NCBI GenBank assembly: GCA_964016885.1
Contig: OZ024764.1
Span: forward strand, 23,932,001 to 23,996,000
Direction: 5' to 3'
DNA: 64,000 bases
From: Eledone cirrhosa
Lineage: Eukaryota
Position numbers and translations under genes: made by a program. Of this stretch, positions 14,101 to 27,227 are shown one piece after another (positions within the stretch are counted from its first letter, which is position 1; the number at the start of each line of letters is the position of its first letter). The notes under the pieces are model-generated. The model had not been told where the DNA came from, searched no databases, and worked only from the letters and a program-made list of their open reading frames with translations.

Positions 14101-14426
14101 GAACTGGGGTCATCTGTCAATGGCACACTTCACCTCCTCCTCTCTCCTTCCCTAAGACCACACCCTTAAACCTAGAATCAATCAAGGTACGTGTATATAT
14201 GTATATATATATATAGGCATAATTACCTCTTCAAGAAGATGGCTCGCATTTATTCTCCTTCGCCAGGAGGTGTTGGTGTCACCCACCCGCTGGTGGGTCA
14301 GCAGCGGTGACCTAATTACTGCCCATCTTCGCCTCCTGCTCTAAAGGCAACAAGAGGCCCTTTCTGCTACATCTTGCCAACTGCAGCCCTTTCTCTTCCT
14401 GTCATTCCAATGGCAGTGACCATTCT

Positions 14427-15060
14427 CTATACTGAGTAAGCCGGGAATCCCCTGTAGCCCACCTCCACTCTCGTTATCTTCTGGGGCTCTCCTTTTTTTG
14501 ATTTGGGTTTAAAGTGGAGCTTGAGTTTGCAGCGTACGAGACGATGGTCGGTGTGACATTCGGCACTGGGCATCACTCTGCTATGTAAAAAGTCTTTCAG
14601 GTCACACCAGCGCCCTAGGATATAATCAATGATGTGCCAGTGTTTGGAACAAAGGTGTATCCAGGTTGTTTTCAAACGGTCCTTCTGCTGCAAGATGATC
14701 TTCGCAGAACTCCGCCAACAAGCATCCTCTGTCAAGCCAAGCACTCCCTCCCAGGCTATTGAATCTCGGCCGACGCCGTTGAAATCATCCACAGAGGTGA
14801 CCTGTAAGAGACTGACCAGTAGAGGGTACCATGGTCTTGTAGGTGGCCTTCCTCTGGGAAGTGGACCTCACTGAGAGCAGCGATGTCAACATTCAGTGTT
14901 GACAGTTGGTGTGGAATTAGAAGAGATTGACATACTCTGGGTGACTTTTTCTAGCAAGGTCCCGAGGTTCCAGCATGTGATTTTTGGTCCATTGAAGGTG
15001 GGTGTTTACCTTTTATTCTTTGATGGTTTTCGGCCGCATGAAAAGATGCCCGTTGACCAC
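14427..15060 (-). mobile_element. RTE/BovB-like LINE AP-endonuclease fragment
   Basis: TTWIHLCSKHWHIIDYIL...RVMPSAECHTDHRLVRCKL. Confidence 0.8.
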
Positions 15061-16736
15061 GGTTTGCCACGTCCCTGATATACAGTATACTGTGGTTTAG
15101 CACAACCTTTCTAGACCCCTCTCCATATGGAGCAAGCAGTACTGTCCCTAGAGAAGGCTGCTTCGTCATTCAGAGTGTGCCGAACGATATTGTCCCCGGA
15201 TCAAATCAAACGACGAAACCCCCCTGCATATAGGAGTGGGACTACTGCTTCCAGTGTTGAAAATAAACAAAATGTAGGGATTTAATAATAAAATTCAACA
15301 TGTTTCCTTTTATTCACAAAAAATATATCCTGTGTAGTTTTTTTAAAACTCTTCCTAGTTTTCCCTGTAGCAGCTCTGTTATTATACGGGTGTCCCCTAT
15401 GAGGTTTTATCGGGTGTTTTAACGATAGGGTCTACAGCCAACTACACATATATGTTAGGTAAATCCGTAATTATTGTTACAGGCGAAGTGAATGTGTCTA
15501 TGCACATATAAACTCGCATATATGATGAGATATCAAGGCAGAGCTGGGCCCCTGTCCTTATGATTGTACCCTGCATCTAGGGTGTGTATGAGGTTTTTTC
15601 GGCTGTTTTACCGATAGGGTTTACAGTCCAATTACATCTAATATAATGTTAGGTCTGTCTGTCCGTACAACCTGAGATACTTTCTTTACATAATTGAAGG
15701 TTCTTATTACATTTTTGATACTTAGAACCCTTGATGGTTAATTAGATTCTTGGAAGACAGATGGATTCGAACCTTAGACACTTCCTTTACATTCTTAGAA
15801 CCCTTGATGGGTACTACATTCTTAGACAACCCACAATTACATCTAATATAAGGGTGTGTCTGTCTTTTAACATCCCAGATATACAGTATATTGTGGTAAT
15901 TACATCTAATATAATGTTGTGTCTGTCTCTCACTCCATACGGCCCATAGTTGCAGTTTATAAAAAGGTGGACCTGTCTTATAACGTCCCTGATATGCAGA
16001 CATCGAATATAAGGAGACCTGTCTTATAATATCGCTGATATACAGTAGATTGTAATAGCTACCCCGCCATACGGTCTATAGCTATATCTAAAGATGGGCC
16101 TGTCTTTTAACGTCCCTCATATACAGTATATTGTGGTATCTGTCCCTCCATACGGCCCACTGTTACATCTACTATAATGTTGGGTGTGTCTGTCTATACT
16201 TACAACCCACAATTACATCTAATATAAGGATGGGCCTGTCTTTTAACGTCCCAGATATACAGTAGATTGTAATAGCTACCCCTCCATACGGTCTATAGTT
16301 ATATCTAAAGATGGGCCTTTCTTTTAACACCCCTGATATACAGTATATTGTGGTAGCTGTCCCTCCATATAGTCTATAGTTATATCTAAAGATGGGCCTT
16401 TCTTTTAACACCCTTGATATACAGTATATTGTGGTAGCTGTCCCTCCATACGATCCACAGTTGCAGCTTATAAAAGGTTAGGCCTGTTTTTTAACATCCC
16501 AAGAACTGGGGTCATCTGTCAATGGCACACTTCACCGTCCATCAAGGTACGTATTATTCACATTTGTATCTATATTTTTCATTATTTGTTGACAAAATAA
16601 TATATGTAAACGGCATAAATGGAAGTAGTTCAGGTGTGAATATATTTTTCATTTGAAAATTGTTAATACGTTGCTGGTCATGTGGTGATATATATGTGTT
16701 GTTATGGGGTGTAGTTATCGTTGTCAATCGAAAACT

Positions 16737-17125
16737 GGTGGTGACTGTACAGGCAGTACACATGTCAGCCCTACCTCCTTTGGTGACTGTACAGGCAGTA
16801 CATATGTCTGTCTATACCTCATTTGGTGACTGTACAGGCAGTACATATGTCTGTCTATACCTCCTTTGGTGACTGTACAGGCAATACAAATGTCTGTCTA
16901 CACCTCCTTTGGTGACTACAGGCAGTACATGTGTCAACCCTACCTCATTTGGTGACTGTACAGGCAGTACATATGTCTGTCTACACCTCCTTTGGTGACT
17001 ACAGGCAGTACATGTGTCAACCCTACCTCATTTGGTGACTGTACAGGCAGTACATATGTCTGTCTATACCTCATTTGGTGACTGTACAGGCAGTACGTGT
17101 CTGTCTATACCTCATTTGGTGACTA
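16737..17125. repeat. ~43-bp minisatellite, ~9 copies
   Basis: Unit ctcctttggtgactgtacaggcagtacatatgtctgtctatac. Confidence 0.9.
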
Positions 17126-19320
17126 CATATTTCAGTGGAAGTGTTGTGTCACACCTCAATCTCCTTCTCGAAGGCTCACTGCTCTGTCTGGATTGTAAGA
17201 TCTTCTCTGTGGCCAACGCTTGGCCAGAGGGCCAAAGACATGGAGTGTATTTACATAAGGTCACAAAAAAGCGTTAAAAAGACATGTATAACCTTCTATG
17301 GCTATCGCTCGACTTTAAACAAAGATGTTCAAACCCTCTTGCTGGAGGGTAAACAAAGTGGTTTAAAGACATGTCTAACTTGCGGCTCTATTGTAAGATC
17401 TTGTTATCCAAGGATCCTCAAATGTAGAACAGGGTCTCCATCGAACTTCGAAAACCCCACGCCTATAGAGAGTGATCCTGAGCCGGCAATGATCCTTCAT
17501 GCTAGAGACGTGCCCTGCCCAGCGTAGTTAGGAGTTCAGCTTCGTGTATAATCTTCCACACGTTAGTACAGTCTACCAAATTCACTGCTCACCTTTGCCA
17601 GTCTGTTGCGGATTTCCCTGTCCATCTAGGCACCCGATGTCATGGTGCACCCCTGGTAGGTGAAATAACGTCCCTGATATACAGTTCAGTATCGCCAATG
17701 TTGATATAGGGAGGGTGGTACTCTTCCTGGGGTGCAGGCTGGTGGAATACTTCCATCTTCTTGAATCTTACCGTCCAGAAAGCAGCAAGTCTCTTTCTCT
17801 GTGATAAAAGAATGGGCCTGTATTTTAACGTCCCTGATATACAGTATATTGTGGTAGCTGTCCCTCTATACGGCAGCTGTTACATCTAATGTAAGGCTAG
17901 GTCTGTCTTATATACAGTGTATTGTAGTAGCTGCCCCTTTATACGACCCATAATTACATAATCACGCCACACGGCCCACAGTTATAAAAAGGTGGACCTG
18001 TCTTTTAATGTCCCTGATATACAGTTATAGCATCCCCTCTGTATATCCCACTGTTACATCTAATATAATGTTGGGTCTGTCCATCCATAAAACCCACAAT
18101 TACATCTAATGTAAGGATGTCGCTGTCTTTTAACGTCTCTGATATACAGTATATTGTGGTAGCTGTCCCTTCTAATATAAGTGTGTGTTTGTCTTTTCAC
18201 GTCCCAGATATAGAGTATATTGCTGTTACATCTAATACAAGGTCTGTTTGTCTTTCTTTTAACGTGTTAGCTGCTCCTCTCTACATCCCACAGTTACATC
18301 TATGGATGGGCCTCTCTTTTAACGTCCCTGTTATACAGTGTTAGCTGCCCCCCGCAGTTACATGAAATATAACAATGGGTCTGTATTTTAATGCCCCTGA
18401 TATACAGTATATTGTGGTAACTGTCCCTCCATACGGCGGCTTATAAAATGTTAGGCCTGTCTCTTAACATCCCAAGAATTGGGGTCATCTGTCAATATCC
18501 CTACCCTGTGGCCACACCCTTAAACGTACGTATTAGTCACATTTGTATCTATATTTTTAATTATTCGTTGACAAAATAATATATGTAAACGGAATAAATG
18601 GAAGTAATTCAGGTGTGAATATATTTTTCATTAGAAAATTGTTAATACGTTGCTGGTGCTATATGTGTTGTTACGGGGTGTAGTTATGGTTGTCAATCGA
18701 AAACCGATGGTGACTGTCTTGTGGATCGTTGGGTGACCATACATTTGTCAGTTCCGGCCTCCTTTGGTGACTGTACAGTGTTGTGTGTAGCACACTTCAG
18801 TCTCTTTCCAGGACTGAGAACACCCAAGTTAAATTTCCCCTCTCGAACGTTCAATGTCCTCTGTGGCTTGTAAGATCTTCTCTGTGGCTAACGCTAGCTT
18901 AGAGGGCCAAAGGCATGTACTGTATGTGCATAAGGTCGCCAAAAAAGCGGTTAAAAGACATGTCTAACCTGTATAATCTTCTATGGTTATCGCTCGACTG
19001 TAAACAAAGCTGGCTACCCTCTCACGTCTAACTTGCGTCTCTATCGCAATATCTTGTAGACATTAAAGGGTCCTGAATTGTAGAGCGGGTCACTATAGAA
19101 CTTCGATAAACCCCCATAATTAAACTCCCTAAACAATCCGTTGGCAGACATCGAAAACCCCGTCTTCGCAGCACCACCAATGCATTAATAATTGTCTTAT
19201 GAAAAAAATATTTGAATCCAGAATTACTTCCCTTTGTTCCGTTTGCATATATTAATTTTTTTTTTATCAAAATTTTTCCAAAGTAGCCATAAGTACCACT
19301 ATTCTACTCAGTAGAATTAC

Positions 19321-19455
19321 GGCCTCCGCGGTGGCGTGCGAACTGCGTCTCGGACTACCAGTCTCCCTATCTGGCGTTCGATTCGTAGTGGCGTACGACT
19401 GCATAGGCCTGTGACTATTCGGGGCCGGCACATACCACCGTGAAAAATTCTTTTT
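19321..19455 (+). ncRNA. Candidate Pol III-type structured small RNA or tRNA-like head
   Basis: CpG-rich island; B-box-like GTTCGATTC at 19376; 5' CGGTGG pairs with 3' CCACCG; T5 at 19451-19455. No family recognised. Confidence 0.35.
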
Positions 19456-19464
19456 CAAATTTCA

Positions 19465-19716
19465 TCTAATATGCAAATGAGCTTGAAGTTCATTTACATA
19501 TTAGAAGAATTGTATTAGAAAGAATCTTATTATATATAGAAAGAATCTTAATTACTCTTAAAGCTTCATTTACATATTAGAAGCTCATTTGCATATTAGA
19601 AGAAATTTCATTTGCATATTAGAAGAAATTTCTTTTAGAAATATATTAGAGAGAATCTTAATTACATTTTTGAAGTTTCATTTACATATTAGAAGGCTCA
19701 TTTGCATATTAGAAGA
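19465..19716. promoter_or_regulatory. Octamer (POU-site) cluster
   Basis: ATGCAAAT at 19471; ATTTGCAT at 19587, 19610, 19700; ATTTACAT at 19492, 19568, 19680; each sits in a CATTT(G/A)CATATTAGA context (the 19471 site in reverse orientation). Confidence 0.55.
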
Positions 19717-19739
19717 AAAACCTTCGAGGTTAATTACAT

Positions 19740-20302
19740 TCTTGGAAGACAGTTGGATTCGAACCTTCTTAACTTAGATTCTTAGAACACTTGAAGGTTA
19801 CTTACTTTCTTGGAAGACAGTTGGATTCGAACCTTAGAATCTTCTTACTACATTCTTGACTTAGATTCGAACCTTTGATACTTTCTTTACATTATTAGAT
19901 GGTTTCTACATTCTTGGAAGACAGTTGGATTCGAACCTTAGAATCTTCTTACTACATTCTTGACTTAGATTCGAACCTTTGATACTTTCTTTACATTATT
20001 AGATGGTTTCTACATTCTTGGAAGACAGTTGGATTCGAACCTGAGATACTCTCTTTACATACTTGAAGGTTCTTATTACATTTTTGATACTTATCACCCT
20101 TGATGGTAACTACGTTCTTAGACGACTGTTGGATTCGAACCCTCAATGATACTTTCTACATTGTTGACATTCTTTATTGATACTTACTCTTCATTCCCTT
20201 GATGGTACTTACTTTTCTTTCCTTAGATTCGAACCATTGAAGACCCCGTCTACATTGTTTATTGGACAACCATTTTTGGAGCGACTGCTGGATTCGAAAC
20301 CT
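19740..20302 (-). promoter_or_regulatory. Array of 9 Pol III B-box-like motifs
   Basis: GGATTCGAACC (= GGTTCGAATCC on -) at 19755, 19823, 19927, 20031, 20131; variants at 19863, 19967, 20225, 20290. Confidence 0.55.
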
Positions 20303-23300
20303 TGATGAGGCTGTTTAAAATATATTTTACCTTTATACCAGGAATAAATAAACAACACAATAAAGTATATGATACAATTGTTTTATTACAAACTTATTTC
20401 ATTCTACAGAACACTTGTGTGGCTGGACATCTGTAAAGAAGGAACATAAGAGAAGAATTAAACAATATTTCTCGTGTATTTAAATACATTTTTGTCAATA
20501 AAAACACATTGAATTCTATTTTACGAAGTTGTTATTTATTATTGATATTCATAAGTAATTGAAACAACAATAAAAGATATTTATATGTATGTGTAACGTA
20601 CATATATCATTGTTTTAACGGGATATTAACCCCAGCTGTCTGAATTTCGTTTATGTCTAACGAGGATCAAGACAAGGACTATTCGGGGCCGGCCCAGACG
20701 ACAGTGGAGCAAATCGTACAATGAAGAACAACAAACCTGGATTCAACAGCAATGAACTTATAGATGGGCTGGCCTCGTCTCCTCAGAGACAATAGGTAAA
20801 CTATTAGAGTGGACACCAACGTACTGGAGGTATTACCAACAAGTACAAATGGTCCAGTGTCTGACAAAATAATCAACACTGTTCTTGGACTATTAAGACT
20901 AAAACAAAACTTTTAAATGATTTGGTTACGAAGGGAAAATTAGTCTATGGCAGGGTTAAATCTAAGATACTGCTGGTACTCAGACTCAGCTAAGTATACT
21001 GGAGCCACGTGGAATGGAATGAAGTGTTTTTCTTAAGAACACAACACATTATGATCGTAAGTCCAACACTGTCACTGAATTACAGCTGACAGACTTCTAT
21101 ACAGTTTCTGTCAACCCAGTTTCACATGGGGTGTGATCGAACCTGGGACTTAATGATGGCGAAATAAACTCACAAGTTAGTCGATATCGATCTTTACAAA
21201 CACTGATCGACAGTTAATCAATGATGGACATACAGAGGGAAAGAGTGAGCGAGAAACTGAAATGAATTTACAACTGTTTTAGTTTTTACGACCAGTATAA
21301 TTCAGCTGAACACGAGTAACAGTAATAGGTGGGGGTTAACCCTGTGATGTACTGGCGGCCTGTCCAGGGAGGAGTCTTGTACTCTCATTCGCTTTACGGG
21401 ATATTTTACGATAATATTTTAGCACTGCTGAAGAATTGAATCAACAATTTACGGTCTTTGATCTTAATCTTGAAAGAAACATTTAAATCCACCGAAATAT
21501 TTGCTAAAGACAACCGGGAAGAGTTTAAAAACAAAATACACTAAATATATTTCCTGTGAATAAAAAAGAAACATGTTGAAATTTATTATTAAATCTCTAC
21601 ATTTTATTGTTTATTTTCAACATTAATTTTGTGAATAAAAAAACAAACACATAGATTTTTCATTTTTTATTAAAATAACAATAGTGCTTAAATAAATATA
21701 TTCTACATGTCACATGACTTAAGGGTCAGTCTGGTTCCGGAGCTACGGTGGATGGCAAGGGAGACATACTGAAACAGCCACTGTACCTCACGGGGCTCAC
21801 TAGTGGGTAGCTAACTCCCCTCCGTTAACCGTGTGTGGGGATATAGTCGGGAGGGGGGCAAGAACACTGGATGTCTCCACTTCCAATCACAAACATATCA
21901 AAAGTGGTCGATACTTTGACAGTTTGCCCTCTTGGCTGGTCACTTGAGAAAATGTCATAACTTATGACATTGTAACCGAAGGGCCTACAATTACGGAGTG
22001 GGAAGGCTGTTATGCCGTTAATCGATATCGATCTGTTAACACTGATCAATACTTCAGCTATGATTACGAGAATGACAGACATACAGGAGAGAGAAAGTTC
22101 TTTAAAAAGTAGGTTTCCCTGTCATACATTTAATTCTATACACAACAGTGTATGACTGTACCTGTAATTAAGGGAGAGGGTTGGTACAAATATCTGCCTA
22201 CAATCTCATGAAATATCTCTGAGTAACTGGGTGGAACAGGACCAAAGTACTAAAGACAATAGCAGAGGAGGTGGAGAGGAGTTCCAGCTGGATCTGGTAG
22301 AGGAAGAACAACAAAGGTGATCTCCATCCAGATTAAGTGACCTACACACAACAGGTTAACGATAGTCAGGTGGCTTTATTATTAAATTCAGAGACAATAG
22401 GTAAACTATTAGAGTAGACACCAAGGTACTGGAGAAGAACCAGTGTGTATGTATCTCGCAAGCGCGAGATTCACAAACCCAGTGCGCATGTTCCAAGTAA
22501 CTTGGCCATGCTACAGCACCATCTAAACAACCTGGCCATGCTACAGCACCATAGAAAAAAACCTTCTCCATGCTACAGCACCATCTAAACAGCCTGGCCA
22601 TGTTAGCACTAGAAGTTAATCTATGATTATGAACATACGTAATTCTCAGGGAGATTCAGTGTTATAAGACAGTTAACCAATGATGAACATACAGGAAGAA
22701 AGTGATCGAAAAACTGAAATGAATTTACAACTGTTTTAGTTTTTACGACCAGTATAATTTAGCTGAACATGAGTACCAGTGATAGGTGGGGGTTTAACCC
22801 TGTGATGGACTGTTGGCCTGTCCAGGAGGGAGTCTTGTACTCTCATTCGCTTTACGGGATAAGCGACAGACCTGAGAACCTCCACATACTTTGGGGATTT
22901 AAGGCAACAAGACAATCGCCGACTAATTAACAATATTAAATGGTGATTACAGTTTCAGAAAATATTTAGCACTGCTGAAGAAATGAATCAACAATTTACG
23001 GTCTTTCATCTCAATCTTGAAAGAAACATTTAAATCCACCGAATATTTGCTAAGCTCTGTAGCTACAGGGAAAACTAGGAAGAGTTTTAAAACAAAATAC
23101 ACTAAATATATTTCCTGTGAATAAAAAAGAAACATGTTGGATTTTATTATTAAATCCCTGCATTTTATTGTTTATTTTCAACATTAATTTTGTGAATAAA
23201 AAACAAACACATAGATAGGTTTTTCATTTTTTTATTAAAATAACAACAATGCTTAAATAAATATATTCTACATGTCAACACCATAGATGAAACTTAAGGG

Positions 23301-23934
23301 TCAGTCTGTCTTGTGGTTCTGGAGCTAGGGAGGATGGCAAGGGCGACATACTGAAACAGCCACTGCACCTCACACTTGTGGGAAGCTAACTCCGCTCCGA
23401 TAGCCGTGCAAAGGGGGATTTGGTCAGGCGGGGGCCAAGAACACTGGGGAGTCTCCACTGCCAAAATCTCAAAGGGTGGCCGATACTTTGAGATGACGAG
23501 CAGCAAAGCCTGGGCTGGTCACTGAGCACACAATGTTGTCACTTGAGAAAATGTCAGAACGTATGACATCCTAACCAAAGGGCCTACCCTTACGGAGCGG
23601 GAAGGTTGTCATGCCGTTAATCGATATCGATCTGTTAACAACTATGATTACGAGAATGACAGACATACAGGAGAGAGAAAGTTCTTTAAAAAGTAGGTTT
23701 CCCTGTCACAGTCCTCACCCCACAGGCTGGAGGGAGAGGGTTGGTAGAAATATCTGCCTACAATCTCATGAAATATCTCTGAGTAACTGGGTGGAACAGG
23801 ACCAAAGTACTAAAGACTATAGCAGAGGAGGTGGAGAGGAGTTCCAGCTGGATCACAACAAAGGTGATCTCCATCCAGATTAAGTGACCTACACACAACA
23901 GGTGGTTTTATTATTAAATTCATTCATGGCTGTG

Positions 23935-24140
23935 TATTGGCAGTATCGGTAGAGCGTCGGACAATATGCTTTACGGAAGAGTTACGGCCCTTTACAGTCT
24001 GAATTCAAATCTCGCCGAGGTTAGCTTTGCCTTTCATCCTTATGTAGTCGATAAATAAAGTACCAGTAATGTACTGAGGTTGATTTAATCGACTTCCCCC
24101 ACACCCCAAATTATTAGCCTTGTGCCTAAAGTAGAAATCA
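23935..24140 (+). mobile_element. tRNA-derived SINE with Meta/MESC-like central domain
   Basis: ttggcagtatcggtagagcgtcgg...ctttgcctttcatcctt...gtcgataaataaagtaccag; copies at 33935-34260(-), 39780-39945, 52745-52925, 54405-54550(-), 59410-59595(-), 61018-61195. Confidence 0.75.
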
Positions 24141-24279
24141 TTAGATTATTCAATATTTCCATTATTTTCCAATATTGAGGCACATGAGCTGTGTATTCCA
24201 TTAGAAATACGGTACCCGGGGGGGGGGGGGGGGTCTGAGAAGAAAAAGGCTGTTCAAATGGTTGATGATATCTAAAGTC

Positions 24280-24490
24280 TGTCCCAAGCTCGGAGGCTGA
24301 TCATGCCGGTCCTTACCCCGGTTTCCATGGCATGAAACACCTAAGAATATAAGACTACCCCCTGGACAGGGCGCTAGTCCATCGCAGGGTTAAACCCCCA
24401 CCTACAGTTGAGTATACTGGATCATCGTGAAATAAAATGTTTTCTCAAGAACACAACCCAGTCCAGGAATTGAACCCACCTACCTCTAAT
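24280..24490 (-). mobile_element. V-SINE-like element
   Basis: ggttcaattcc B-box, then aaccctgcgatggactagcgccctgtccaggggg...catgccatggaaaccgggg; fragments on + at ~21330 and ~22790. Confidence 0.6.
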
Positions 24491-25180
24491 GACGGGAACA
24501 AAAAACAAACTCTTTACCCAGAATACATCAACATAAACTAAGATTCCGCGTTATAATGGCCTGACCCACCTGGTTATTTAAGACTAGTTTATATATATAA
24601 AGATGTTATTGTCAGTGGAGGGGTAGTGCTGGTGAGTAACCAGACTGCCGACCCTTTTGTTAAAACACCTAACAAACCTCATATGTGTCGCAACCCCGTA
24701 GAACGAACATACCAAGGGTTAAAGTGCTTTAAAAACTGAAATTAATTTACAACACTTTTAGATAATATTTAGCAACAATTATCTAAAACCAATTTATATA
24801 TACACACACATACATATATATCTATATATATATTTACATATATATCTATATGTATATATAGATATCCATAAAACAACTCTTGGACCTGCTGGAAGAAGTG
24901 TTTGAGGAGTCTGCTTCCTCGACCCTCTCAGGAGACATGGGCATTGTGTGCAGAGGACCTGCGCAGTCTAGAGAGGAACGAAGCTTGCATGCTCCGTTGC
25001 TTGTGTAATAGTAATATACGTGAACGGCAAAACATAAATGAACTGAGAAATTAGGAATAAGAGGGATCAGATGAGAGAAGACTACGTTGGTATGGCCACG
25101 TGATGTATAAAAAAATTGCAGGGTGATCTAAATTGATGGAAGCTACGGAGTAGGTTGACCCAGAAAAACCTATATATATA

Positions 25181-25241
<61 letters not shown>

Positions 25242-26854
25242 GGAAAACCTTAGAAAAAACCTAAATGTCCCCCTAACACGAGGTGGGTGTAATTGTAAAA
25301 AATATCCGTTTTGCTTACATTAGTTAAGGAGTGTTAAATAAATACAGTTGTGGGGTTTAGATTGAAGATGGGGGGAACTAAATCTACATATGGTGGTAGT
25401 CTCTCATTGCTAAACATAGTAGCTATATCTCCCTCAAATTAAACTCTATATATTGTCAGAAATACTAAACACGAGGTGGTCACGGCTGGAATATCTATGA
25501 CCAAACAAAACAGCTTCGTTAGTCTGACAGGAGACTGAGAAAATTATTCCACCTAGGACCACAAAAACACACCATAAAGCTAAGATACATGTTATTAAAG
25601 ACCCTAGACAAATACCACCACATGAAAACAAGGGTAAAGCTAAATGACACCAACTAACATTTGTATTGAAGAAGTTTGTAGTATCTGGGGCTGACAACGA
25701 ACTTCTATCGTTGTTGGGGGCTGGTTTTACTAAAATATTACACAATGGCTCTTGGGGGGAGTCGGGCTCCCATTTGTAAAGTTAGTTGTAATGTCTAAAG
25801 TTTTATTAGTTATATATTAAATGACTTTACAAATGGGAGTGAAATATAATCACATGATATATACAAAGTATATAATGTTTTAAATATATACATAAATAAC
25901 ATTACAAATACTTAGACATTATAAATTGCTCGCGATTCTGTCAGGAGGATATATTCGTTTAATGTAATATTAAAGAAAATATAAAGGAAGGGGTGAACAA
26001 CGGAGCAAAAGACAGCAACGAGGAGTACTGGGAAACCTCTCTAATGATTTCTGAGGCAAGCCAGCACACTGGCAGTGTTACCTCGGGTGATGGCGAGGCT
26101 GAGGTGCTGGAACAACCGAGCACCCTCGAGAGATCGATCAGTTACTTCTGTTAGGCGAGACTGAGGTGCTGGAACAACCAAGCACCCTCGCCATATTCAC
26201 CAGTTACCTCTGTTAGGCGAGGCTGAGGTGCTGGAACAACCAAGTACCCCGGAGAGATTCACCAGTTACCCCTATTAGGGGAGCCGCCAGTGAAGAGGAA
26301 ACTCGCAGTCAGCGGCCCGACTCCCCCCAAAAGTCTCGAAAGCTACAAAGCTGGGAATAAAATGTTAATATTACACAATACTAATAAATGACCATATTAC
26401 AGTACCTTAGTTTCACTGTTACCTGCAGCAATGTCGTCAATGTTTTGGCTTGCCATTAAAAATATTTAGAAGGGAACCCTAATATTTTCTGTAGCAATGT
26501 GTAATTGGGGGTGTGTCTTGTTACGTTGGGAATTTTTACCTTCCCTTATTTCTATAATTAATTCCTCTCTCTCTATATATATATATATATTAATTAGTTA
26601 ATAATATTGGTTATATAAACTAGTTAATAATATTAGTTAGATAACAGACATTGTTAATATAGAAAATAAGGTTTTATGTTCCGTCAAACTCAAATTTCCC
26701 GGTCTTCTTCACAACACGTGCTACCTTGCAAAGTTAGCCACACATTCTCAGTCACGGTTTCGTATTTTCGCAGTGAAAATTTTTAATTAATATGGAATAA
26801 AGTTTATTAAGCAAATTTCTATTTAATTATATAATTTAATTACTTAATAAGATT

Positions 26855-27196
26855 AATATATATATATATGTGTGTGTGTGTATATATATATAGGTATATA
26901 TGTGTATATATATACGTATATAAATGTGTGTGTATATATATGTGTGTGTGTGTATATATATATGTATATATATATGTGTGTATATATATTTATGTGTGTG
27001 TATATATATGTGTATATATATATGTGTATATATATATATATGTGTATATATATATTTATGTGTGTGTATATATATTTATATACGTATATATACCTATATA
27101 TATACACACACATATATGTGTATATATATATATGTGTGTGTATATATATATAGGTATATATACGTATATAAATGTGTGTGTGTATATATATATGTG

Positions 27197-27227
<31 letters not shown>

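Noticed and set aside
19321-19716. Spliceosomal snRNA gene downstream of octamers
   Set aside because: No recognisable U1/U2/U4/U5/U6 sequence on either strand.
19740-20302. tRNA gene cluster suggested by GGTTCGAATCC repeats
   Set aside because: No A boxes, D arms, anticodon arms or acceptor stems.
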